Source: Ignavibacteriota bacterium (GTDB taxonomy: Bacteria; Bacteroidota; Ignavibacteria; UBA10030; UBA6906). From it: a stretch of 64,000 bases of DNA. The position numbers and the translations under genes are program-made. Below, piece after piece: positions 1 through 8,532 of this stretch; the first letter of the stretch is position 1; each line of letters begins with the position of its first letter. Where the stretch lies: contig CAWDEM010000004.1 of NCBI GenBank assembly GCA_963801355.1, positions 736,001 through 800,000 on the forward strand, read 5' to 3'. The notes under the pieces were generated by a model. It saw only the letters and a list, made by a program, of their open reading frames with translations, had not been told where the DNA came from and made no database searches.

Positions 1-624
1 CTGGTCCTTCACAACAAACTCGCGCAGGCGATCCCTGAGCGGATCGTACCGGACTGCCCCGAGGTTGAGTTCAAAATGGAGTTGCTGTTTGATACAATTG
101 TGCGGAAAGAGATCCAGGGAAAACGACGGCGGGCCGACGAGTGAGGCGATGACCTTGACCCCGGGCATGGCGTGGGTTGCGGCGATCCAGGCATGGATTC
201 CCCCCTGCGACCCCCCTGCGACCGCAAGGCGTTCGGGATCGACACCGGGCATGGTGCGGAGATGCTGGATGACCTCGAGGAGATCCTGAGTTTCCCGTGG
301 ACCCATAGTTGTTGAGAGTCCACCCGAATTTCCCTGACCACGCACACTGTATGTGAGGCATCCATACGCGAGCGTCGTAAGGTACGTGCTGACGAAAGAC
401 ATCCCGTCCTTGTCTCCGCCGTATCCGTGAATAAGCACAACAGTCGGAAAGCCCGAAGCCGGAGCGCCGCTGTCCGGAAGCGCCAGAGTTGCTTCGAGGC
501 TCACTCCGTCACTTGCAGTGATGGTGAAGTTTTGTATCACCTGGGCCGAAACAGCAGCAGTAAGAAGCATCAGGGAAATCATCAGTCCGAGGCAGCAAAC
601 GAGCCGGCGTGGGTCTGGTTGCAT
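1..624 (-). CDS. Secreted alpha/beta hydrolase (CocE/NonD / peptidase S15-like), 3' end outside window
   Basis: Not in ORF track (no stop in window). Manual translation from ATG at 624: MQPDPRRLVCCLGLMISLMLLTAAVSAQ (signal peptide)...ASDGVSLEATL...PTVVLIHGYGG...YSVRGQGNSGG...DPERLAVAGGSQGG (GxSxG nucleophile elbow); frame stays open to position 1. Confidence 0.85.
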   Translation of the reverse strand, partial: MQPDPRRLVCCLGLMISLMLLTAAVSAQVIQNFTITASDGVSLEATLALPDSGAPASGFPTVVLIHGYGGDKDGMSFVSTYLTTLAYGCLTYSVRGQGNSGGLSTTMGPRETQDLLEVIQHLRTMPGVDPERLAVAGGSQGGIHAWIAATHAMPGVKVIASLVGPPSFSLDLFPHNCIKQQLHFELNLGAVRYDPLRDRLREFVVKDQ

Positions 625-711
625 GTTCTTCGAGAGTACGTGTATGGCAGAAGGGGTGCAGTGAACTGATCCTAATGTACGATGCCGGACATCGAGGTGC
701 AAGCTGTCTCC

Positions 712-740
712 TTGCTCCTTACCGGAGCCCTGCGTATCTT
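712..740 (+). promoter_or_regulatory. Putative sigma70-type promoter (TTGCTC-17-TATCTT)
   Basis: Hexamers at 712-717 and 735-740 with 17-nt spacer, ~55 nt upstream of the enolase-superfamily gene. Confidence 0.45.
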
Positions 741-793
741 TCACCCGGATATCCTCCGCGCGAAGCACACCGGAAAGAAGGAGCACTTCATTG

Positions 794-1936
794 ATGTCCG
801 AGCCCATGACGCAGATTGCCGCACGCGGCGCGATTCCATCGCTCGACCGCGTGGATTTCCTCACGGTGAAACTCCCCTTCGTGCATCCGTTCGGGACCAG
901 TGTTCAGACCTGGACCCATAAAGAAGTGCTTTTGCTCCGGCTGGAAAGCGCCGGATGCGTCTCCTGGGGGGAGTGTGTCGCTGATCCCGATCCCTTCTAT
1001 CTTCCCGAGACGACGGCCACCGTCCGTCACATCATCAAAGACTTCCTCCTGCCGCTTGTCGCACCCGGAGCCACGATAGGCGGCATGATGGAGGCGTTTC
1101 GTCATGTGCGTGGCCACGAAATGGCCAAGGCAACGGTGGAGAATGCCCTGCTGACCCTCCTCGCGCTCCAGGGTGCAGTTCCGCTGCACACGTTGCTTGG
1201 CTTTCCGGCAAAGAAGATCATGTCGGGTATCAGCATCGGCCTGCGGGATACGCAATCCGAACTCCTGGAGGCGGTCAGCGCCGCCGTGGCAAAGAAATAC
1301 CACCGCGTCAAGATGAAGATCACAAAGGGTCGGGATGTCGAATGGGTACGGGCGGTGCGCGAGCGATTCCCCGACCTGAGTCTCATGGTGGATGCAAACG
1401 GCGATTATACGCCCGCGGACGCCGACCATTTGCGGAAACTGGATGCATTCGGGCTGACGATGATCGAGCAACCGCTCTCCTACAGTGACATCTACCAGCA
1501 CTCCCTTCTGCAGCGACAGCTGGCCACGCCGATCTGTCTGGATGAGTGCCTGCACTCGATCGAGGATGTTGTCACGGCGATCACGCTCGGTGCATGCCGG
1601 GTTGTCAACATCAAACAGGGCAGAGTGGGCGGACTGCTGGAGTCTCTCCGGATAACCCGCTACGCGCGGGAGCATGGCATCGACGCCTGGTCAGGGGGGA
1701 TGGATGAAACGGGGATCGGCCGTGCGGTAAATATCCACCTCCAGACGGCTGAAGGATTCTCGTTGCCGGGAGATACCTCCGAAACCTCCAACTACTTCAC
1801 GGAGGACATTGCCGACCCTCCCGTCGTTCTGGATCGCGACGGTTTCATTGATATCCCCCCAGGGCCCGGGCTGGGGATCACTGTCGATACAGACCGCCTT
1901 ATGAAATACATGATTCAGTATGAACGGGTGAGATAA
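794..1936 (+). CDS. menC: o-succinylbenzoate synthase / N-succinyl(acyl)amino acid racemase (enolase superfamily, NSAR/OSBS subgroup)
   Basis: GWGE-like SWGECVA, KxK (VKMKI), metal ligands DAN, EQP, LDE, NIK, WSGGMDE and LPGD motifs; AAGGAG upstream; start 791 (TTG), 794 or 806. Confidence 0.8.
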   Translation: MSEPMTQIAARGAIPSLDRVDFLTVKLPFVHPFGTSVQTWTHKEVLLLRLESAGCVSWGECVADPDPFYLPETTATVRHIIKDFLLPLVAPGATIGGMMEAFRHVRGHEMAKATVENALLTLLALQGAVPLHTLLGFPAKKIMSGISIGLRDTQSELLEAVSAAVAKKYHRVKMKITKGRDVEWVRAVRERFPDLSLMVDANGDYTPADADHLRKLDAFGLTMIEQPLSYSDIYQHSLLQRQLATPICLDECLHSIEDVVTAITLGACRVVNIKQGRVGGLLESLRITRYAREHGIDAWSGGMDETGIGRAVNIHLQTAEGFSLPGDTSETSNYFTEDIADPPVVLDRDGFIDIPPGPGLGITVDTDRLMKYMIQYERVR

Positions 1937-1938
1937 AC

Positions 1939-2157
1939 ATGGAGGACACGCGCATGCAGGTGGAAGAGATCAAAACCGCGATCAAAGACCTCACTGTCGA
2001 AGATCGGAGAAAAGTCGCCCTGTATATCCTTGAACTCGAGAAGGAACATTTCAAGGGAACCGTCGGTCCGCAAATTGCGGAAGATCTGGAGAGCGTCTCG
2101 AAAGTCATTCAGGACGCGGCGGAGAAGATCAAACAACATCTGCGGGACAGGAAGTAA
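1939..2157 (+). CDS. Small helical hypothetical protein
   Basis: 72-aa charged ORF filling the gap between neighbours with 2-nt spacing on each side. Confidence 0.7.
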   Translation: MEDTRMQVEEIKTAIKDLTVEDRRKVALYILELEKEHFKGTVGPQIAEDLESVSKVIQDAAEKIKQHLRDRK

Positions 2158-2159
2158 CT

Positions 2160-4058
2160 GTGATCGCGCTCCCGGCACAGCGGCGCTGGCTGATGGACAT
2201 CGCCAGGGAAGCCGGTGACCGTTACTTCAACCCCTCAACCGGCCGCTGCATCATCACCAGGGATACCTACTGGTACGCCATTGCGTTGCTTTTTGATCAT
2301 GATGCGGAACGACGGCGATTCGGTGGCCGTTTGATTGCAACGCTGGAACCGGAAGATGCAACCCATACCCCCGCAACATTGCTGTCGATTCTGCACCAGA
2401 TTCCGGATATGATTGACGCCGCTACGACAGCACGGCTGGATCAGGCGATATGCGGTGCATTGGGTGAGTCAGCGTTGTGTGAGTTGCACGACGGGAACGT
2501 CAACCATCCGCTGGCGGCATATGCCACATTGATCCTCGGAGGAGAGCGGTGTGGAGCGGCATGGGCGACGGAAATGGGGACGGCCCGTCTGCAGGCATTT
2601 CGTCAGCGCATCGGTGATCACTTCGGCACCCGGCGCCGGCAGTCGGAAATGTCGGAATACAACAGTCTCACGTATACCGCCCTCGACCTCTGGTTTCTGG
2701 CCCTCATTGCAGAGCACGCCCGGTCTGAGGAGCCGCGGCACCTGGCCCTGTTCCTGGAGCAACGCCTCTGGATCGATGTGGCGATGCATTTTCATTTTCC
2801 GAGCGGTCAATTCGCGGGCCCTCACTCGCGCTCGTACGCGGATGACTCGATGGGAGGATGTTCGGCGCTGCATTTCACGATGCTTGCCGCGTTCGGCGAT
2901 CCCCTCTGCATTGAGCCGGCTCTGTGTCATCGCTACAACCATCCGTCGACCCTTGTGCAGAATGCCCTGGTGGCGATACTGCCTTTTCATGTGCCGGACC
3001 TGGCGCGCACGATCGCCCTGCAGAAACCCTTTCCGTATGAATTTCGCAAGACCACGTACGGAGAAAGTTATCACGAGAACAGCAGGCGCGCGACAGGCAA
3101 CGCCGGCACGGAAGCATCGTCGTTTGCATTCGATGAGGAAGTCTACCCCGGCGGGTGGAGCGATCTCACAACGTACATGACCACCGAGTATGCGCTCGGT
3201 TCCGCTTCCATGCCCTATGTCAATGCAGGCCATGCCGACAGCGTGATGCTGCGCATACGGCGGAACGACGGGATCCGGGGGCTTGCGGATTTTCGGTCGG
3301 CGTACACGCGGGGTGTCTTCAATGGCAGCCGCGCCGGCCAGGTGAATCACTGTCATGTGGCGAAAACCACTATCGACGAAAGCTATCTGTACGAAGAGGG
3401 GCGATGTGCGACCTATCAGCATAAGAACACCCTCATCGCATGCTACACGCCGAAACGCGCAGGTCATCTTGGAGTAACAGAATTCCGGCTGGATTTCCTG
3501 TTCACGCATCACGCGCCGTTTGACGCACTTCTGGTGGACGGGGCCCCGATCCCCGGTTTGCCTTTTACCTGTGCAAGCTCGGCCAGAATTTGTTTTCGCG
3601 ACTACCGTACCTTCGGGATGATACTCCCGCTCCAGCCGCTTCCCGCATCATCCGCCACGCCCGTAACATTCTGGCGATGCGGCGACTATCTTGTGATTTC
3701 GATGAGCAATTATGACGGCCCTGCCATCGATTGTTCCCGTGAGGCCATCAATCGCTGGTGGACAGGATTTGTGCTGGTCCTCGCCACCTCCACCGAGATG
3801 ACATGGGAGGGATTTCTGCGGAACGCCGGACAGGCAACTCTCGATCAGCATGGGCATGATGCCACGCTGCGCACGGTGCGGTTTGCATCGGGCAACGACT
3901 CCATGGAATTCACCTATGACCCCTTCAAGGAGGTGGTCGTGTCGCGCCGATGGAATGGGACGCCCGATTGCGAAGAGCACTTTAGCGTGAATGCGGGTGG
4001 CGCCGCAACGGGACCGTTCTGCCCGCCGATGCTCTTCGGCCACGAGGTGATGCCGTGA
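2160..4058 (+). CDS. Uncharacterised (alpha/alpha)-toroid plus beta-sandwich protein, distantly heparinase II/III/lyase-like
   Basis: 632 aa; helical N-half with GNVNH, SEYNSLTY and AGPHSRSY motifs, beta-rich C-half; no signal peptide; GTGA overlap with next gene. Confidence 0.6.
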   Translation: MIALPAQRRWLMDIAREAGDRYFNPSTGRCIITRDTYWYAIALLFDHDAERRRFGGRLIATLEPEDATHTPATLLSILHQIPDMIDAATTARLDQAICGALGESALCELHDGNVNHPLAAYATLILGGERCGAAWATEMGTARLQAFRQRIGDHFGTRRRQSEMSEYNSLTYTALDLWFLALIAEHARSEEPRHLALFLEQRLWIDVAMHFHFPSGQFAGPHSRSYADDSMGGCSALHFTMLAAFGDPLCIEPALCHRYNHPSTLVQNALVAILPFHVPDLARTIALQKPFPYEFRKTTYGESYHENSRRATGNAGTEASSFAFDEEVYPGGWSDLTTYMTTEYALGSASMPYVNAGHADSVMLRIRRNDGIRGLADFRSAYTRGVFNGSRAGQVNHCHVAKTTIDESYLYEEGRCATYQHKNTLIACYTPKRAGHLGVTEFRLDFLFTHHAPFDALLVDGAPIPGLPFTCASSARICFRDYRTFGMILPLQPLPASSATPVTFWRCGDYLVISMSNYDGPAIDCSREAINRWWTGFVLVLATSTEMTWEGFLRNAGQATLDQHGHDATLRTVRFASGNDSMEFTYDPFKEVVVSRRWNGTPDCEEHFSVNAGGAATGPFCPPMLFGHEVMP

Positions 4059-4969
4059 AATGGTCGCGTGCAAGGAGGGAACAGGTGACCGGAGTCGCCT
4101 TCATTGCCCCCTGGCTTGTCGGCTTCCTGGTTTTCACCCTCGGCCCAATGGTCGTCTCTTTCGGGGCGAGTTTCACTTCGTGGACAATGCTTTCACCGCC
4201 GGCCTGGATCGGACTGGAGAACTACGAGCGCATGTTCGGCGACGATCCCCTGTTCGCACAATCCCTCTTCAATACGGCCTACTACGTCCTCCTCGCGGTC
4301 CCGCTGGCGACAGTGCTTGCCCTCGGCCTGGCACTTTTGCTGAACCAGCATCTTCCCGGCATCGGGGTTTTCCGGACAATCTTCTTCCTCCCGTCGATTA
4401 CAAATCTTGTCGCGGTGTCGATCCTCTGGATCTGGGTGTTCAACCCCGAGTTCGGACTCTTGAACAGCGCGCTGCGCGTGGTAGGCGTGGCAGGACCACT
4501 CTGGCTGCAGAATGACAACTGGGCCAAACCGGCGTTGATTGTGATGTCCCTGTGGGGCATCGGGGGATCGATGATCATATTTCTGGCGGCCCTGCAGGGG
4601 GTCCCGCACGAACTGTACGAGGCCGCTGCACTCGACGGTGCCGGCCCCGTCAGGCGATTTCGCTCCATCACGATGCCGATGATCTCCCCTGCAGTGTTCT
4701 TCAGCCTGGTCATTGGCCTCATCGGAGGGCTCCAGGTCTTCACGCAGGCGTTCGTCATGACCGGGACTGCACAGCCCGGCTCCGAGGGCGGACCGAACAA
4801 TGCAACACTCTTCGTCGTTCTCTACCTGTACAAGAAAGCGTTTCAGGAATTCAAGATGGGGTATGCTTCTGCGCTCGCGTGGGTTCTCTTCTGCCTCATC
4901 CTGATCGTTACGCTCGTTCAGAAAAGGCTCTCGCAGAAATGGGTATACTATGAAGCCGGAGAACGGTAA
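4055..4969 (+). CDS. Carbohydrate ABC transporter permease (CUT1, MalF-like)
   Basis: Multiple TM segments, WIGLENY, EAA loop ELYEAAALDGAG, GYASALAW. Confidence 0.95.
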   Translation: MKWSRARREQVTGVAFIAPWLVGFLVFTLGPMVVSFGASFTSWTMLSPPAWIGLENYERMFGDDPLFAQSLFNTAYYVLLAVPLATVLALGLALLLNQHLPGIGVFRTIFFLPSITNLVAVSILWIWVFNPEFGLLNSALRVVGVAGPLWLQNDNWAKPALIVMSLWGIGGSMIIFLAALQGVPHELYEAAALDGAGPVRRFRSITMPMISPAVFFSLVIGLIGGLQVFTQAFVMTGTAQPGSEGGPNNATLFVVLYLYKKAFQEFKMGYASALAWVLFCLILIVTLVQKRLSQKWVYYEAGER

Positions 4970-4971
4970 CC

Positions 4972-5838
4972 ATGGAGCACTCGCGCCTCAAGAAACCGTA
5001 CTGGCAAACGGTCGCCTGGTGCTCCGGCGCATACCTCTGCCTGCTGGTGATGAGTGCACTTTTTGTTGCGCCATTTGCATGGATGTTCTCCGTATCGCTG
5101 CACGACCTGCCCGGAGTCTTCGCCCAGCCGTTCCGGTGGATTCCAGAACGCGCCATGTGGCGGAATTATGGAGACGTGACGTCGCTCCTTCCGTTCTGGC
5201 GCTACACTGCCAACACGGCATTGATTACCGCCCTCACCGTGACAGGCACGTTGCTTTCATGCTCACTTGTCGCCTTCGGTTTCTCGAGGTTGCGCTTCAA
5301 GGGGCGGGAAACACTCTTTTCCGTCTGCCTCGCCACGATGATGCTTCCCGGCCAGGTGACAATGATTCCGCTGTATATGTTCTTCTCCTCCATAGGGTGG
5401 GTTGACACGTATCTGCCGTTGATTGTTCCTGCATTCTTCGGTTCACCATTCTCGATCTTCCTCCTGCGCCAGTTCTTTCTGACGATCCCGAAGGAATACG
5501 ATGAAGCCGCGATGCTCGACGGCGCCTCCTGGTTGAGAATCTACTGGAGTATAGTCCTTCCCCTGGCCCGGCCGGCACTTGCCACGGTCGCCCTCTTTAC
5601 GTTCATCGGCACCTGGAACGACTTCTTTGGGCCGCTGATCTACCTGAACTCACCGGAGCTGGCCACATTGACCCTGGGGCTGAACATGCTCAAGTCACAG
5701 ATTGTGGGAACCGGCACAACGCAGTGGCACCTCCTCATGGCCGGCGCAGTTCTCATTATGCTGCCGAACATCATTGCTTTTGCGCTCGCCCAGAAACATT
5801 TCATCAAAGGAATTGCCATGGGAGGATTGCGGGGATGA
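4972..5838 (+). CDS. Carbohydrate ABC transporter permease (CUT1, MalG-like)
   Basis: MMLPGQVTMIPLY, EAA loop EYDEAAMLDGAS, WNDFFGPLIYL, QKHFIKGI. Confidence 0.95.
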   Translation: MEHSRLKKPYWQTVAWCSGAYLCLLVMSALFVAPFAWMFSVSLHDLPGVFAQPFRWIPERAMWRNYGDVTSLLPFWRYTANTALITALTVTGTLLSCSLVAFGFSRLRFKGRETLFSVCLATMMLPGQVTMIPLYMFFSSIGWVDTYLPLIVPAFFGSPFSIFLLRQFFLTIPKEYDEAAMLDGASWLRIYWSIVLPLARPALATVALFTFIGTWNDFFGPLIYLNSPELATLTLGLNMLKSQIVGTGTTQWHLLMAGAVLIMLPNIIAFALAQKHFIKGIAMGGLRG

Positions 5839-7193
5839 GCACCAGGCGCATGCTCTTATGGGCGGTGGCACTCAACCTGATGGCCGTGCCGTCATGCAGG
5901 AAACACGCCGGGGGTCCGGAGATTGTGTACAATTGCGCCGCGAATGCTTCGGATATCGCCGCCCTGGAGAAAGAAATCCCCGCGTTCGAGGTCTCGTCGG
6001 GCATCCATCTTCGCCTCAATCCCTTTACGGGCCAGGAAAAATTGTACGCAATGATGGTCGCCGGACAAACCCCGGACATCTTCTATACCAACACGACAAT
6101 GCGGGACTATCTTGCCGCCGAGGGGAGGCTCCTGGACCTGCGTTCGTTGAGCGCAGGTGACCCGTTTATCGAACGCCTCTGGCCGGCAGTCGTCACAGCC
6201 GGACGATCCGTTGATAGTGGTTGGTACAGCGTTGGGAATTGGAGTTATACACTCGGTGTCTATTATAACCGTGATATGTTCGACGCGGCCGGTGTGCCGT
6301 ACCCGGATACCACATGGACCTGGGAGGCCATGCGTGTAATTGCGCGCCGTCTGACGAAGGACGCGGACGGCGACGGTACGCCGGAAACATACGGCATTTT
6401 CATGGGGAGCCACTTTGTTGAAATGCTCGAGCTGATGAATGGTGCGGATATCCGCCCGCATGCGCTCACGGCATCGATGACCCGCGAATCTGCCGAAGCG
6501 TTCACCATGTACCTCTCGCTGATGCAAGAAAAGATCATGCCGGATCTCCGTCGTATACAGGCGTTGGGTATGCAGCCTTCGCAACTCCTGGAAAGTGGCA
6601 GGGTCGGCATGCTCGTGGAAGCAGTCCCACACCAAATGCTGATTGAATCGATCAACATCAGATGGGGTGTGGCTCCGTTCCCCCGGATTTCCGGCAAGCC
6701 GGTCAGGTACTTCAGGAGTGGGAGCGGTGGACTTTCGATCAGCGCAGGCACAGGGAATCCCCGGGCGGCGTGGGAAGCCCTCAAGTGGGTTATCGCGCGT
6801 GCAGAAGTATACCAGCCTAATCCGGTTCTCCAGGATGTCGATTTCGTGGGGGGATGGGAAGCTCGATACCCGCGACTCGCGGGTTCCGGGTTCCGGGAGG
6901 TGTGGGACCTCAGTCTCCGGCATGACGGTGGAGACCCCCGTTTCTTTGTCCGGTATTCCAGCTGGACCTCTGCATCCATTCTCGAACGGCTTCAACCGCT
7001 GCTGGACCGCCTCTGGGCCGGCTCGATCACCGTCGGCGAACTTGCAGCGCGCATGCCTGAAATCAATGCCCGCGTTAGAAGGGAACTCAGCGATCTTTCA
7101 AAGAAAGAAGATTTGAGACCGGCATTTCGCAGGGATATTGAATCAGCTCTGAAAGGCCTCGATAGTGGCGCTGACCACTCTCCAGACAGGTGA
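5835..7193 (+). CDS. Sugar ABC transporter extracellular solute-binding lipoprotein
   Basis: ATG at 5835 overlaps the permease stop (ATGA); lipobox-like VPSC; PDIFY, YYNRDMFDAAGVPYP, WTWE, DADGDG motifs of SBP_bac_1/8. Confidence 0.9.
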   Translation: MSTRRMLLWAVALNLMAVPSCRKHAGGPEIVYNCAANASDIAALEKEIPAFEVSSGIHLRLNPFTGQEKLYAMMVAGQTPDIFYTNTTMRDYLAAEGRLLDLRSLSAGDPFIERLWPAVVTAGRSVDSGWYSVGNWSYTLGVYYNRDMFDAAGVPYPDTTWTWEAMRVIARRLTKDADGDGTPETYGIFMGSHFVEMLELMNGADIRPHALTASMTRESAEAFTMYLSLMQEKIMPDLRRIQALGMQPSQLLESGRVGMLVEAVPHQMLIESINIRWGVAPFPRISGKPVRYFRSGSGGLSISAGTGNPRAAWEALKWVIARAEVYQPNPVLQDVDFVGGWEARYPRLAGSGFREVWDLSLRHDGGDPRFFVRYSSWTSASILERLQPLLDRLWAGSITVGELAARMPEINARVRRELSDLSKKEDLRPAFRRDIESALKGLDSGADHSPDR

Positions 7194-8532
7194 CTCGTCG
7201 CTCGTCGTCAGAGACGGGGATGAGGTCATTGCCGAAATCCGTGATCTGCATCTTCGGAATGTTCGCTTCCGACCCGGCGGGCGGTTGCTCATCGGCGATG
7301 AAGTTCCCCTGCCGCTCTACTGGGAGCAATATGCAAACCATGAAGATCCCGAACGCAATGCGGGCAGCAATGGCCGGCTTCGCATCGTCGAGGCGTCGGC
7401 GAACTCTGTGAGTGTCGTCTGCGAAGGAACGACACGGTCGGGTACAGTGCACAGCACCTTTGAGACCACATTCCGGTCAGATGAGGGGTTTCGGCGATAC
7501 GACGTTGAGATACGGGCCAGGCTGCGCATACCGGAAGGCTGCACATGGTACGTGACACCGAATCCAGACCATGGAGAGGTCGAGTTCTGCAACCTCTGGC
7601 CGGACGGTGCATTTTCATCCGAACTGCACAAGCCCGTGTGCTACAGTGCCTGCTATATTGACCGTGGTACCGGCGTCACCAAGATCCCGCACCATCATCT
7701 GGAATCACAAGACAAACATAATATCGTTTTGCATACCGGGGACCGGATGGTGTGGCTCCTTGAGGAGGAGAACCTGTGCGTCACACTCCTCTCGGCCAGT
7801 ACTGTCACCGCCGGGATTTGTGCGTATATGTGGGATGCGCACCTGGGCTACAAAGTGTGCACTGATGCAGTTGCGAAATCGCTGGCCGCCGGAACGGAAT
7901 ACCTGGCTGCGTACCGGCTTTCGGCGCTCGATGCCCGGGAGGGGAACCGTCTTGTGGAGTCGGCTGTTCCGGCCTCCGCTCCCGAGCCGGACATGACTCC
8001 TGTGATCGTCGACGGGGTGCAGACCTTCGCCGAGACACTTGCGACCACGGAACGGGATCCCTCCGATGTCTGGCCGTGGGAAACGGAGGTTCACGCGGGC
8101 GATCCCGGCGCAGTGAATTTTTTCGTTGACCGGACATGCGGCCGGGTTGACCACGCATCAGTGTGCATCGATTCTCCGGCTTCCGCCAGAGCCATGTGGA
8201 AAGCGACAGCACTGGGGCCTGCCTTCCGCCAGCCGGACTTCATCGAGGGTGCGCAGTACCGGCTTGGCGCGTACGTGAAAACCGAGCTCGTGTCGGGAGC
8301 GGCGTCCGTGGCGATCCGGGTGCACACAAAAGGGAGCCCCGGTCTCCATGACCCGGGGCAGTATGATATCTTCCGTTGTGCCGCCGGTTTGACAGGCACC
8401 GCGCAGTGGACATATCTTGAGGTGACTACTCCTCCCGTGTATCCCGTTGCAGACAGAATCCATCTCCTCCTGGAAATGCACGGAGCAGGGAAGTGCTGGT
8501 TTGATGATGTTCAATTTCGGAGTCATGTATGA
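7165..8532 (+). CDS. Hypothetical protein with C-terminal CBM4/9-like galactose-binding-fold domain
   Basis: 455 aa beta-rich; C-terminal YRLGAYVKT...GTAQWTYLE...GAGKCWFDDVQF pattern; overlaps both neighbours. Confidence 0.6.
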   Translation: MALTTLQTGDSSLVVRDGDEVIAEIRDLHLRNVRFRPGGRLLIGDEVPLPLYWEQYANHEDPERNAGSNGRLRIVEASANSVSVVCEGTTRSGTVHSTFETTFRSDEGFRRYDVEIRARLRIPEGCTWYVTPNPDHGEVEFCNLWPDGAFSSELHKPVCYSACYIDRGTGVTKIPHHHLESQDKHNIVLHTGDRMVWLLEEENLCVTLLSASTVTAGICAYMWDAHLGYKVCTDAVAKSLAAGTEYLAAYRLSALDAREGNRLVESAVPASAPEPDMTPVIVDGVQTFAETLATTERDPSDVWPWETEVHAGDPGAVNFFVDRTCGRVDHASVCIDSPASARAMWKATALGPAFRQPDFIEGAQYRLGAYVKTELVSGAASVAIRVHTKGSPGLHDPGQYDIFRCAAGLTGTAQWTYLEVTTPPVYPVADRIHLLLEMHGAGKCWFDDVQFRSHV

